64,000 nt of DNA from Lama guanicoe (Eukaryota). The DNA lies in the NCBI GenBank assembly GCA_013239625.1, contig MU053304.1:868001-932000 (forward strand), given 5' to 3'. The notes under the pieces were generated by a model that saw only the letters and a program-made list of their open reading frames with translations, did no database searches and was not told where the DNA came from. Shown here piece after piece: positions 29,086 to 43,297 of this stretch. The position numbers and the translations under genes were made by a program. How positions within the stretch are numbered: position 1 is the first letter of the stretch; every line of letters starts with the position of its first letter.

Positions 29086-29197
29086 AAAAGGATAGTAGGA
29101 GACAATTAAAGCTGATTTTGATGATTTCATCAACTCGTGAGATCTAATTTTTCAAGAATGGCTCTACAGCTGAATTAACAAAGTGACCACAGACCTA

Positions 29198-29500
<303 letters not shown>

Positions 29501-32500
29501 TCAAAAAAAACCTTTTAATAAAGTTCATACAGATGAAATTTCAGATTAGTTACTATCATTTAAAGCCAGTATTTTCATCTAACATTATAATTACAAGTTA
29601 ATTTAAGACTACTTGGATGCAATAGCTCAGAACTGAGTATGCTTTATGTTTCAACATTATTGATGTCATGCAAAAAAGAAGCTTGTAGAACACAAACGCT
29701 CCTTTCTTGGGGTAAAGAGGTCAAAAACAAAGTAAGAAAAAAAATGAGATTAATGTTTGATAACCACCTATTATTTTCCAGGTGCAGTGGGAGGTATTTT
29801 ATATATGTTATCCATATAATCCTCTTAATCCTAAAACAACACAAAACAATCTTTATAAAAAAAAAAAGTAAGAGAAAGGTAGATTGCCAAAATCACATAA
29901 ATGTAGCAAACTCAGGCCAGTCTAACTCCAAGTATTCAACTTCCTTCAAACACTAGGGTAAGATAATGTCTTAGATGATTTTACAAAACTAAATTTAAAA
30001 AATTAAATAAATCAAATGTAAACTGAAACAAAAAACAAAGAGAAACAAAAACTCCCAAAACAAAAGGGAAGATTTTACTTGCTAGTACGATGGCAAAACA
30101 AATTAAATCAAAGAGAGCTAGAACTGATACCATGGTTACACTTCAAAAGACCACAAGTGTTGGGATTTCCAAAATGTTTACCAGGATTTCCCGAATATCA
30201 CATTCTTTAGAGTAGCAGTTCAACGAAAATAGGATTCCTTGGTTAAACAAGTTCGGGAGTTCCTATATACTACATATCACCCCTTCTTGCAGATTCAAAA
30301 CTTTATATAGCATATTGAGGGCCCCAGGAATGTATGTATCACAACAAAAGCTCCAGGAAGCCTTATTAAAGAAACCACTGGAACTTTGTATATCCCAGCA
30401 TTTGCCCATTACATCTGACCAAGAACTCTTCTGCCCCATATAACTTCTATTAATACCCTGCAGGATATTTGTTCAGTACCCTTACGAGGTTGTTAGGTAG
30501 GTATAAATCTGGAGCAACAGAGCAATGAGCCAACATGATTATCAAACTTACTTTAGTACAGTATGTCATTTCTCAAATATCCTTTGTTCCAAGGCCAAGT
30601 AAAGGAAGAATAAATTGAATCTTTTTTTTGGGGGGGGGGGCGACTATGGATTTCCTTACATGTCAATTTATTTATTTATCTAAAAAATCAGAGTTATTAA
30701 CAGATAATACACATACCAGATAAGTATATTCTTTCTTTCCACTTCTCTGAAAATGTAGTGCCATTGTTTAGAAGAGTAAGTTTCTCAAGCATTATTCATA
30801 TATTGCCAATATTGTTTATAAAGTAGTCATGATAAAAATATAACAAAATTTCCAACTTATAAATTAAAAGACACCAACTTGGCTTTTGAGGTATGTGGTA
30901 TAACTTCAAAGACATATTTTAGAATAAATAGGTGCTTCAGGTTTTTAAGAAACAAAAATAATAAAGCACCAAACTTCAGACAGATAGGTATTGATATGTA
31001 AATCATACAAACTATCTAGAAATAAAGCAGACTTGTTTAGCATGAGTAATGAAAATTTTCATTGAATTAACGTGTCAGATGCTGTGTCTCAAAGAACATT
31101 TGCTCCTAGATACCATATTAAGTTTAGAATAATCTGGAAAGAAAAAAATCTAATTTACATTTAACTTATGAGGCCTGCCTGACATGAATATCTACTAAAG
31201 ACCTGAGGGAGAAAATACTCAGTTAAACATCCAACTATATTATTTTTCCTTTGTTTATAGAGCAGATGTGTCCCAGAAAAAAATGCAGGCCAATTTCTAT
31301 AAATTGCATATTATACACATAATGACTTTCCTAATAAAACTTGATACATTCTCACATAGAAATTCTCCTCTAAAAGAAATGAAAGCATTTAAAAAATAAA
31401 ATTGTGAGGGCAGAGACCATGTCCAACTTGTTCACCATCATATCCTTAAAATGATCTTCCCTCCATCATTCATTTGGCAAATATTTACTGAAAACCTACA
31501 GTGCCAGGTCTTTAGCATTCTGTTCTCAGTGATCTTACATTTCAGTGGAGAGGAGACAGACAATAAATAAATAAATAGGTGTAAAAATATGTCAGGTGGT
31601 GATAAGTGATCTGAAGAAAAATAAAGCAGGGTAAGGGGACAGAATGAGAATACTGAAAGGGTATATGTTTCTCTATAAAGTTTTATACAATTCTTACCAT
31701 GTATAGTGAAAATGCCTATTTTAATTCCTAGCTTAAATAATATTTTATGTGACTAGAAAAGTTATTTGTATCCAAGACTACCCTTTATTAGAGAAAAAGT
31801 CAAGCAAGTTAAAATTTAATTCCTGGCATCAATCAATAAATAATTATACTTTGTTTTATTTTAGTTTGGAAAAGAGATGATTAAAAAAGTGGCTCCTTTC
31901 TGATGTAAAGACATTGGGAACATAATCATATTCTTATTTCTCTTCCCCTCCCCCGACACACACATACACGCCTGTGTACTGCTAAAAGAAGTCGCCCTTT
32001 GGGGAGCTGGCCAAGGTGTGGTCATGTGCGCTATGAAAGGCAAAATGTCATTGCCATGATTCAAGGATACTTGTTATTACATTAGTGCATATCTTTATGA
32101 ATCTCATGATGAAATCATCAGCGTGCCTACCCCAACTCTTTATCACTTTTGAAGGCTTAACAAATACCAGGTTATCTGTTACGTTCATGAGGATAAAACA
32201 GGCAAACTGCAGCTAAGTATAAGCTTAAAACAAACAAAAAAAATCAAACTGAGTTGACTGTGGTGGCCTCAATAAGAACTTTACTTTCCACAATACTAAT
32301 TACACAAAGTAAACATGTAAAATAACCATGTAAAATGACCATAGTTCTCCAAAGAAAAAAATACTTTTTCTTCTTTTTGAAGACATCAGTGCTTTCAAAA
32401 AGAAATTCAACAGCATTGTTTTCATTATAGCCACCCATGTAATGTGGTGGTTTGTTCTTCAACAGCTTTGAGCGATCTGGCATAGTAAAGTGAGGAAGTT

Positions 32501-32538
32501 CTGGGAAGCTGGTGAGGCAAGTCAAGTCTTACAGATCA

Positions 32539-32832
<294 letters not shown>

Positions 32833-33374
32833 TCAGAAGTTGGGAACACCAGTTGTATTTAACACAGAAGCTGCAGAATTTAAAAAATCTCCCACAGAAT
32901 TCTGATTATTGACCTTATAAATCTATCTTCAATATTCGGAGAATATATGTAAAGAAAGAGGACTATATCAGTAATCCCTCATCCACAGCTCTGCACCACA
33001 GCATTACAGTCATTCCCTCGTGTCTCATCCACAGTGGGGAATAGCTGTGGGGGTACTAGGGGCGAACACTAATCTACATCCATTCTTCTCACTCCTGCTT
33101 ACTCTGTGTTTTGTTTCAGAAGATGAAAAGTCACTTATAGAGACTCCAAGATGTTTCCAAAGCTGCAGGAAAGATTTAAATCTCTCAGTGTTACTCTGAT
33201 TGAATATTAAATTGGTAAACAAGACTTGGTAATGAGAAAATTCTGGTTTTCTTTTGTCTTCAGCAATTATTTTTGTGTTGATAAGAATAGAGAAATCCTC
33301 TTCATATTTGCAGCAAATACAAAAAAAAAGACGCCAACCTTGACTAATAAAGTACTTGAGCTCACCTCTGAAAG

Positions 33375-33580
33375 ACTACTGTTACGGTGGTTACCCTTGA
33401 GGGGCAGCAGGATGGGGGCAGTGACTAGAAGAGTGTATAAGGGGAGTTTCTGGGAGGTTGATACTGATGTTGAACTAGGTGCTGGTTACACAGTTGTGTT
33501 GTGAAAATTCATCAAGTTGTAGGCCAATTATGTGTATGTTTTTGGATGTATATTACATTTCGATAACACCTTTTTAAAAA
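33375..33580 (+). mobile_element. L1ME-like 3' end
   Basis: gtggttacccttgagggg...ctaggtgctggttacacag...tgaaaattcatcaag. Confidence 0.6.
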
Positions 33581-33781
33581 GACTACTCATGTATTATGTT
33601 TCAACAGAAAGTTAAAAAAAGGACCCTGTTGTGAATGAAAGCAGTTATTACTTACAGATCAATTCAAATCTATAATTCTATGTTGAAACTGCCCTCTAGT
33701 CTCAACTCTAGTAAATGGTAAATTCAAATTTCAAATGGAGTAGAGTCAAGTTTATGAAAACTGTTTATAAAGGTGAAATTT

Positions 33782-33981
33782 GGGGGGAGAGGCAAGACAG
33801 GGATAGGAGATTAAGAGGTATGTATAAAATAAGTAAGCTATGAGGATATATTATATAACACAGGGAATATAGTCAATTATTTTATAATAACTATAAATGG
33901 AATATATCCTTTAAAAATTGTGAATCACGATGTTGTACACCTGAAACTTATATAATATTGCACATCAACTATACCTCAAAA
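33782..33981 (+). mobile_element. L1 3' end (L1MA9-like) with 13-bp TSD
   Basis: Typical L1 3' UTR text. TSD aaaggtgaaattt (33769-33781) / aaaggtgcaattt (33982-33994). Confidence 0.8.
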
Positions 33982-36049
33982 AAAGGTGCAATTTTGCTGT
34001 AAAAGAAGGTTGGATTATTTCCTCTTATAACAGAATCCATCACTCCTTGAAAATGTTCTTAGTTTGAGAAAGCTTCCTAGTATGAATAATTTGAAATAAT
34101 TGGAATAATCAGGAAATAATACAAATGACAACAATCTGGGAAAACAGTTTGATGGTGTAAAGAAAGCAATGTCCTAGGAAACAGAAGATCTGGGTTTTAG
34201 TCTTAGTTCTGTTAATTTCTTAGTAAGTGACATTAGGCAAGTCATTTATATTTTCTTTTCTGTAATTAGAGATAACGTTCTTAACTATAATGCAGGAATA
34301 ATATAAAAACAAAGAAGCAAATAACTTGAAAATATGGTAATAACACATATGCTTTCAGTTAAGGAATACTGAGATAAATAATAAGAAGTTATATAAGAGG
34401 AAGCCATAAAGTAAAAAACCCATGTTCTGGTTCCTGTTTTGTCTCTAAATAGCTGAGATAATTTTAGACAAAGTTCAATTAATCATACACTCTGGGGTCC
34501 TTTTCCACATCTGAACAAAGGAATTGGACTAGAAATTCCATAAGGTCTGTTCCACTCTACAATTCTATGGCTTTTAAAAAGTCCCTTCATAGAATTAAGA
34601 ACTCATATTTTCATTAAGTAAGTGCCACAGCATTAACATGACACAGGAATTAAGAATATTCCCTCTGTTTATTCCCTTGTATTCCCTACCAAAAGGCTCC
34701 AAATAATCTGAGCAGCATTCTGAATTTTAAAATGCCTACTGAACACCCGTAACTAAATACACCACAGACACCTCCATCAATATACAGAAAGAGGAATAAA
34801 GGGCACCCTTTCCCTAAACTGTTTCTTCTCTCACTATAACCATCTACACAACCAGGAAACTCACATTTTAATCATTCTATCCTTTCATTCCCCGTATCTG
34901 ATCTGCCATGTCAAATGAAACCCTTAAATCTTGTTTCTGTTTCCACTGCCTGTTTCAGGCACTGATCATCTCTTACTTAAAACAATACAATGATTCCTTA
35001 AATGACGCTCTGCTTCCTTTCCCTCTCATCTTTAATATGTTGTAATAGAGAGAACATGGGCTTGGAATCAGAAAGACCTGGATTCCAATTCTAGTACAGC
35101 CATTTATTAATTGAATGGCAATCGCTAAGTCTCTCTAAGCCTTAATTGCTTTCCGTTTCAATTCATGCTGGGGAGGAGAGTTAGTGGTGTGGTAGAATAG
35201 AATACTATACTAATTACTAAAATCTAGATGCATAATCAGAAATGCCTTTGAGTCACAACCAGGAATTCGGTTACTAGTATGCTGTAGTTGGGCTCTAATT
35301 TTTTAAAAAGGCAACACTCAGAAGTTCATTCAAAACAATAGAAAACAAGTTGGATATTAAGCCTAGAAAGCTGGTTATATCCAGGGTTCTGACTTTCAGA
35401 TTTTCTCATCAACTTTTTAGGGAGCTAATGGCACAGAGAACACTTTACCCACCCAGCCCCTCACCTGCAGCATTCCAAGGAAAACTGACTCACAGCAAAG
35501 TACTTACCCTAAATATATCTTAAAACTTCATTTATCTTATGATCCCCAACTTGTTAAAAGAAGTATTATACTTAGAAAAGGGCATTAACAATTTCATGAG
35601 GTTTAGAAAAAATTTTGCCTAAGAACATAAATACAGAGCTTTTCCTGAGAGCCTAATGCAGAGAGCTTTACCTAGTTGATTACCATAAAGACTGAAATAG
35701 GTTATGAGGGCTATAAACTCAAAAGCACATAAAGAATTCTTTTAAACTTCTCAGGCTAATAACAGGACCAACTCTGACACATTCTTCAGAGGATTTGTTA
35801 AGACAAGGAATGACAAATTCTTTAATAAATTAGCTTAGACGTGCAACCTCTTCAAGAGTACAATAAAATCATAATAGTCTATGTTTATTTCAATTTTTCA
35901 ACAGGCGGCTATAAAAGGACGAAACAATCTAAGCAATGACTGGAATGCAGACATACACTGAAAGCAAAACTTCCTTACATTAATCTTTACCCAAACACAT
36001 ATATACATGTATGTATATATAAAAATTTAACAAGTTAATAAATGAATAA

Positions 36050-36450
36050 ATGATAAAATTATACGATCACCATTTTGCAACTTAGAATGAATTAATGGAC
36101 CTCAGCTTCACTGTCAATGACTGCTAACATCATGAAAAGAGAAACAATTGGACCTTATACCTTATGTGCACTGCCAACCCCTCCTTAAAAACAAAAGAGT
36201 GAAAAATTGAACTTGAATGTGATCAAGCTTCTAGATCTAACTATCAATTTACACGAACTATAGAAGACCAAAAAAATACATTATATTCCATATAGGGGCG
36301 CTGTCAGCAAAATCCATACTGTGGGAAATTTGACAGTAATAATGACCTGGTATCTTCAACAAACAAGCAGCAAGGAGGGGGGAAAAAAGAGGCAAGGCAA
36401 GAGACAGAGAAAGAATCTACAAATTAACAGAAAATACACCAACTCTTTAA
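36050..36450 (+). mobile_element. L1MC4/5-like fragment
   Basis: tctagatctaactatcaatttac...tcagcaaaatccatactgtgggaaa...tcttcaacaaa. Confidence 0.6.
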
Positions 36451-36492
36451 TAACAGTGCATAAGGCTTTCTTTCAGTTGTTTTAGATAATTC

Positions 36493-36538
36493 TGACATTC
36501 TTTAAATCTTTCTTTTTTTTGACATTCTTTAAATCTTT
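36493..36538. repeat. 19-bp direct repeat flanking a C+T7 spacer
   Basis: tgacattctttaaatcttt at 36493-36511 and 36520-36538. Confidence 0.9.
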
Positions 36539-37349
36539 GCTTTTCTGTGTAAACATTTATCTCTTAAGATAATATCACAAAATAATTCCCATTATTTTGT
36601 TATAAATGGATCAGCAGCAACCCTTGGATCAGCATTTATAACCAAGTATTTACATGACTGATCCCTGAGTAGCAATAAAAGTTTATCTCTATGTCTCCAT
36701 AAACATAGTTAGAAAAATTAATGTCTAGAAATGGTCAAGTCATAGGAAAAACAGTAGATTTTGTTTTATTGGATGGGGACAGTTAGAGAGCAAGGAATTC
36801 AATACTTGAGAAACCATTTGATTAGCATAGAACGTGTTACCTATGACTTAACTTTACCTCATACTTACATTTTGGTATGTTTAAAGTATATTTACTCAGA
36901 CAATTACAAATTTGCTAGCTGCATCTGTTTTCAACAATGGAGCTACATGTTGTGGAATTCTAACAACTTTTCTTACTCTATTTTTTGGCTACTTTATAAA
37001 AATTTAAAAAGTGAATGCCATTAGAGATTAAAAGAGTGGGAGATATTTCTTTTTTTAAAAGTTATTTTACTAGACTTCAGAAAACTAAAAATTATTATAG
37101 TTTTAGACAAGCTTTTGGCATATCTCCAAACAGATTAATTTCTTTCAGGTGCTGCTGAAATGGAGTGAAAACAGCTCAGAGAGGTGAGAAGAAAGTAGAT
37201 TCATAAGATTTATATAAAGAAATTACCAATTCACCATAATAAGAAACATGGTTCTTAAAAATCTCAGATTGCATTCCGGGATCTAGAGAAATCTGTAACA
37301 TTAACAAAGTTATAGTATTATTAGTGTGTTTCCCTCTGCCTTTTAAATC

Positions 37350-37710
37350 AGCAAACCAAGAAATGAAATTCACTAGAAGGGGCTCAACAGCAGAATTTGA
37401 GCAGGCAGAAAAAAGAACCAAGTAAGGTTAATTGATAATATTAAGTTAGGTTAATTGAGAATTGATGTTAGGTAAGTTGAGATTATCCAGTCTGAGGAGC
37501 AGAAAAAGAATGAGGAAAAATGAACAGAGCCTAAGAAATCTGTAGGCATCCACAAATCATACCAGCATATGTATAATGGGAGTCCTAATGGGAAAAGAGA
37601 AGAAGGCCTAAAAGAACATTTGAAGAAATAATGGCCAAAAATTTCCCAAATTTTGATGAAAGACTAGAAACTCAACAAACTTTAAGCAGGATAAACTCAA
37701 AGAGATCAGT
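37350..37710 (+). mobile_element. L1 ORF1 fragment
   Basis: gggctcaacagcagaatttgagcaggcagaa...gaaataatggccaaaaatttcccaaat. Confidence 0.7.
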
Positions 37711-37714
37711 GAAC

Positions 37715-38400
37715 AAAAAGACAAAGATTACATTCCAGTAGGAGACAAATAATAAATAATAAAGTAAGTAAAATGGTGAAGTTCTAAGGAGAACAAAAAA
37801 AGTAATTCAATGTAAGGGGTACTGGAAGAGCCAGAAGAAGAGGCCATTTTGCAGTATTCATTAGCATAGTCAGGGCAGGCTTCAATGATAAGGTGATATT
37901 TAAGTAAAGACAAGAAGGCAAGGAGGAAGTGAGTCAAGCGGCTAGGGGGAGGAGGAGTGTATTTGGTTGAGGAAACAGCTCATTCAAAAGCCCTGTTGTG
38001 GAATGATGCTCAGCATATTTGAGGAACAGCAAAGAGGCCAACAGTTTGAGTGTAGTGACAAGGGGAAGAGTAGTTGAAAACAGGATCAGATTATTCAGGA
38101 TTTATAGGAACTTTGGCTTTTACTATGAGTGAAATGAAGGGCAATCAGGATTCTAAGCAAAGGAATGATATGATCTGACTGGCTTAAAAGTGGTCATTTT
38201 GGCTGCTCCATTGAGAGCAGAGTACAAAGGCAGAAGAAAGAAGACCAGAGGCTACCCAGTCAACAGTACTGAATATTGCACAAAATCAACAACTAGTGTT
38301 AATCAGTGACGTTCTAAGACTTATATTAGTAGAGTGCTGGGGATAAAAATCTGATTACAAGAGTTATAGACTGGGTGGGTGGTAAGAAGGGAAAAGGATA
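37715..38400. mobile_element. L2 remnant
   Basis: gaggaacagcaaagaggcca...tttggcttttactatgagtgaaatg...tgatatgatctgact is typical of L2a. Confidence 0.6.
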
Positions 38401-39671
38401 GGCAATTCTCTAAAAAAGTCTGATGAGGAAGGAAAGAAACTTAAGGGATAAAGAAAGGTTTCATTTTTCATTAACTGGAAACCTGAGCATTTCTGCAAGA
38501 AAGAAGTTAAAGCTGAGGAAATGAATATTCAAGGCATGTATTCTATGTGTGAAAAAGAAAATACTTTATTCAGCTAGACTGCAAAGAATATCACGAAGTG
38601 TTGGAATCAAGAACTTGAGTAAAAGTTAGTCGTGGAAAAGAGGAATGACAGTATGACCCCAAAGGATAGGATGGATGAAAATAAAGGCATCTTGAGAAGA
38701 AGCTGAAAGGTCACAAAGCTTTCAGATTGGACTAAGTCTTTCATTAAAATAAGCAGTAAATTCAGTCATCAGGGGAGAATGAACAAAAGAGTCTAAGGAG
38801 AACAGATTAAGTTTGAAATAGCTATTTTTACCCAAGTTTCGGCTCTCTCGCTGATTTAATCAAAGAGAATGATCAAGAAAGGAATGGGAAAAAAAGCCAA
38901 GAAATATTTGAGCTGTGCTGTGGGCCCTGGTGAAGTGAGCTAGTCTTAGCTCTGCCATATCTATATTATAATTTTCAGTATACTCATTTGTATCCCCCAT
39001 AAGACTATAAATTACATAAAGGCACAATATGTTTATCCTGCTCATCAATGTAACTCCACAAGCAAACAGAACTCAATGAATACTTTTCAAATGAATGAAT
39101 ATGTAATGGACACAATCCACATACTGTTAAAAATCCCTTAATGTGTTAGTGTTTGATAGATACTATGACTGAGAGGTAAAAAAAAAATCTTTGGCTGATA
39201 TTTAAGTTGTCTTTCTAAACCTATAAAAGAAACTAGACTGCTTCCTTAAATTAAAGATAGAATTTGTTTAATAAATTAAAAGGCATCAGAGATAAAATTC
39301 AGTATTTTAGAAAAAATGCACAAATTAGGTTTCTTGGTTATGGTAAGATTAGAGTTTGAGTCTGACCTTTAAGCTACTTTAGTAAGAATTAATTAATCTG
39401 GAGTTCTTGGTAAATGAGGTATTTTACAAAAATGAAGCTTCCAGATATTTGAAATCTTATTCTACCATTTAGAATCATAGTTTTATATTTTTCACCATTT
39501 TGGATAGAAATTAAAAAAATGTTTTTCACATTTTTCTGCCATCTAAAACAGAGCTGAATAAAGATAATTTAACCTCTACTTAAGTAGGTGGAAGTCATCA
39601 CTATGATATCAATCATTATACCACATACGAGTTGTACAGGGTTGAGTTATATAAGAGCTACAAGTCTGTTC

Positions 39672-39728
39672 TTTTTTTTTTTAATTGAAGTATAGCTGAT
39701 TTACAATGTTGGGATGACTTCTGGTGTA
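39672..39728 (-). mobile_element. ~60-bp L1 3' end with TSD
   Basis: T-run followed by aattgaagtatagctgatttacaatgtt. Flanked by tacaagtctgttct / tacaagtctctattct. Confidence 0.7.
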
Positions 39729-41099
39729 TACAAGTCTCTATTCTGAGTAGACCTACACACTTACAGTTTTTAATTCCTATTTTTTCAGTTGGCCCTGTTT
39801 GCTATTACCAAAATGTGTGTTCACCTTTAATTTGTTACCCTGCTCTGGAGTAGGGAGGGAAATGTGTTTGCTAAAACTGTCTCAAGAGTGAATTTATCAC
39901 TGAATATTCTTTTGGACTATTCAGATTTACCACCATGTGCAAATGTTTATCTTCATTAAAGATGGGGGATAGAAAAGTTTTTGTAAATGTGTTTTCAGAG
40001 TAAAAAGATTTGGAGCGGGGCCTTCTACCTAACATGCATGATGTTTTAGAGCACAAATTTAGTTATTTGCCAAATGAGAGATTCATCTACCCTTTTATTT
40101 ATTATTATTTTACTTTCTCTCTGATTATCAATTACACTAATAACTCAAGGGTGCCAAATAAGTAGTTGTTATAACTAGTTACATTCCTTAGCCATAAACT
40201 AAAAATATAAAAATAAAATAAAAAACTTCCAAGAACAAGTTTTAATTATTTTTTTAATTATTTTAGTTAAGGTCTTTTTTTTTTTAAAGTGAGTGAATGT
40301 GGATAAGAAGGGTTAGTATTGATAAAGTATTGTAATAATAATAATGGTTGGTATTTTTACAATATACTCAATGAATATTTAAAGAAATGTATCTATAAAT
40401 ACAAGTCAATGAAGGTTTATTTCATGCAAGTCTTTTCGTTGAATATAATGGTGCTATTTTCAATCTGACATTACTTGTTTTGCAGACACCTATCTGCCTG
40501 CACTAGCACAGAAGCCAAATTGTGGATCAGAATAAAGCAGTATTTTAAGGTATTCCCATACTCCTGAAGAAATTCTGGCACATTACAATCTATCTGATTG
40601 TTCTTGAGGATTACTTTATTTGTTTTCACCCCAAATTCTTAGCAAATATTTTTTCTAAAATATTGTATTTTGAGTTAACATAAAGCAGTAAATACTGAAT
40701 AAAATCTGAAGTGCTCAGTAGAACTGAAATGAACAAAATATTTTCCAATAACTTTCACACAAGCTGAGAAATATAAATTTGAAATAGAAGAGGGGTACAG
40801 ATGCTCTTGCTTATGTAGAAGTAATTAAACAATTTAACAATATGAATGATCTATGATGATCTTTTAAAAGGAAACCTTGAAAATGCTTAAGTTCTAATAC
40901 TAAGCCAGTCCTACAGTTTAAAGAAAACTTAGCTTAGTTAAGATTTTTACACTAATTTTCAGAAATAAGGCAGAAATATATTTTTATTACGTATCGTAAC
41001 TTTCCCCAATTTATCTGTGGAAAGAAAAAACTGCCAGTGAACCAATTCCCAAATCCAGAGGTCATCTTTTTAAAAATGAGCAATGAAAAAGTCTCTGCT

Positions 41100-41560
41100 G
41101 AAACTTACGTATACATGTAGAATTCAGACCTTTCTGTGTTCTTCTATATAAGGTTGCAACCAGAGCAAATTAATTGTGTTCCACAGCAAGTTGGATAAGA
41201 ATCTTGTTTCACTGGTAGAAGTCTGAACTCTGGAAATCGCTTTAAGGCTCACTGGGCAGAATCTTCACAGAATTAAAGCTCTAGAATCTCTAGACTGTAT
41301 CTTATTTTTTCTCAGATAGGAAAAGCAGCCTAGGGTTTATCTAAAACAAAACTATCTTACATTAAAATGAGAATTTATTACAGTCTCCCAAATATTAAAG
41401 AGAACCCTTAAGAATATAACTTGAATAGGGGTCATGAACTGGTTCAACATACTTAACTGGTGATTTTATGAATTATAATGAATGCTGCTACTCTCTAGAA
41501 ATGAATGTATCAAAGATGAAATAACCTCCTTGGCACGCTTACAGCTATACAACACATTTG
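41100..41560 (+). promoter_or_regulatory. HTR2B: Putative CpG-poor HTR2B proximal promoter inside the PSMD1 intron
   Basis: Assigned by position upstream of putative exon 1. Apparently repeat-free. TTGGCA NFI-like half-site near 41530. No CpG island or clear TATA box. Confidence 0.4.
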
Positions 41561-41692
41561 TTTCACTGCTTTCAAGCACCAGTGCTGGAGGCTCAGAGTA
41601 AGGCAAAGGGAGGAGGACTTCAGTCACAGCAGCAAGCAGGTCTACTGAGCAGATAAGATGACATGCTTGGGAAACTAACGAACAAATAAGAG
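41555..41692 (+). other. HTR2B: HTR2B non-coding exon 1 (TSS approximate)
   Basis: Consensus donor AG|GTAAGT at 41693. The sequence resembles my recollection of the human HTR2B mRNA 5' end. It lies ~1.2 kb upstream of the ATG. Confidence 0.65.
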
Positions 41693-42546
41693 GTAAGTAT
41701 TTAACAAATAAATATAGAGTTAATCTAAAGGGGCTTTTCTTTCTTCCTTCAAAAACTCTGCTACCATCATCTTTTATTTCTATTCAGTGTTTTAAAAACC
41801 AAACTGAAAAATTTACAATGTTAAAGGGGAGATTTTAAATGTGGGATTTGTAGATTTTATGAATAAATGATTTAATCTTCCTCTTAGCTTACCCTCCGTC
41901 CAATGGAAACTGGGAAGGCTAAGAAAAAAATTACTACTTAGAACAAAAAAAGAATTGGTTCAAATTTGGCATAAAGTGATATATTTGGGAAATATTTGTT
42001 GCAGAAACATGCTTTCTTTGAAAGATGAAATAAGTAAAAACAATTATTTGGATCCTAGTAATTATTTCCCCCCTTCTTTCAAAATAAAGGAATTCTAAAA
42101 TGTTTTATAAAAATAGCCTTTATGGCAGTATTAAAATAAACCTGATCAGGCAAAACCCAATTACAAATAAGGACTCCTAGCTGGTAAATCATTTTTTAAG
42201 ACCACAGGTGGGCTTAGAGTGTTCCTAGGTAGGTGGTCAGTGTGTATGAAAAGTCTTATTCAGAACTATTTGGTGCTCTGACGTTTCTAATCTTCTGTAT
42301 GTATTCTAAAGTAAAGGTAAAAAGATATTTAAGGGTCAGGAAACACCTAAGTTTTCATTATACCACTGAAAAGATTAATATATTTCCTGTTTTATTAATT
42401 GAAACATATCATAATTGGCTGCACTATTACAAATGCAGAGCAGACCTACTGAGAAAGGAGGGGTTACCAATCAGTTCAAGTATTTTTTTAAACCGGTTTT
42501 CAAAAATAAAGAAATAACATATTGCAACCGACATATTTTATACTAG

Positions 42547-43297
<751 letters not shown>

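Noticed and set aside
30622..30640. T8-G11 homopolymer junction resembling a SINE tail
   Set aside because: No SINE body is adjacent. It is a simple homopolymer whose length is error-prone.
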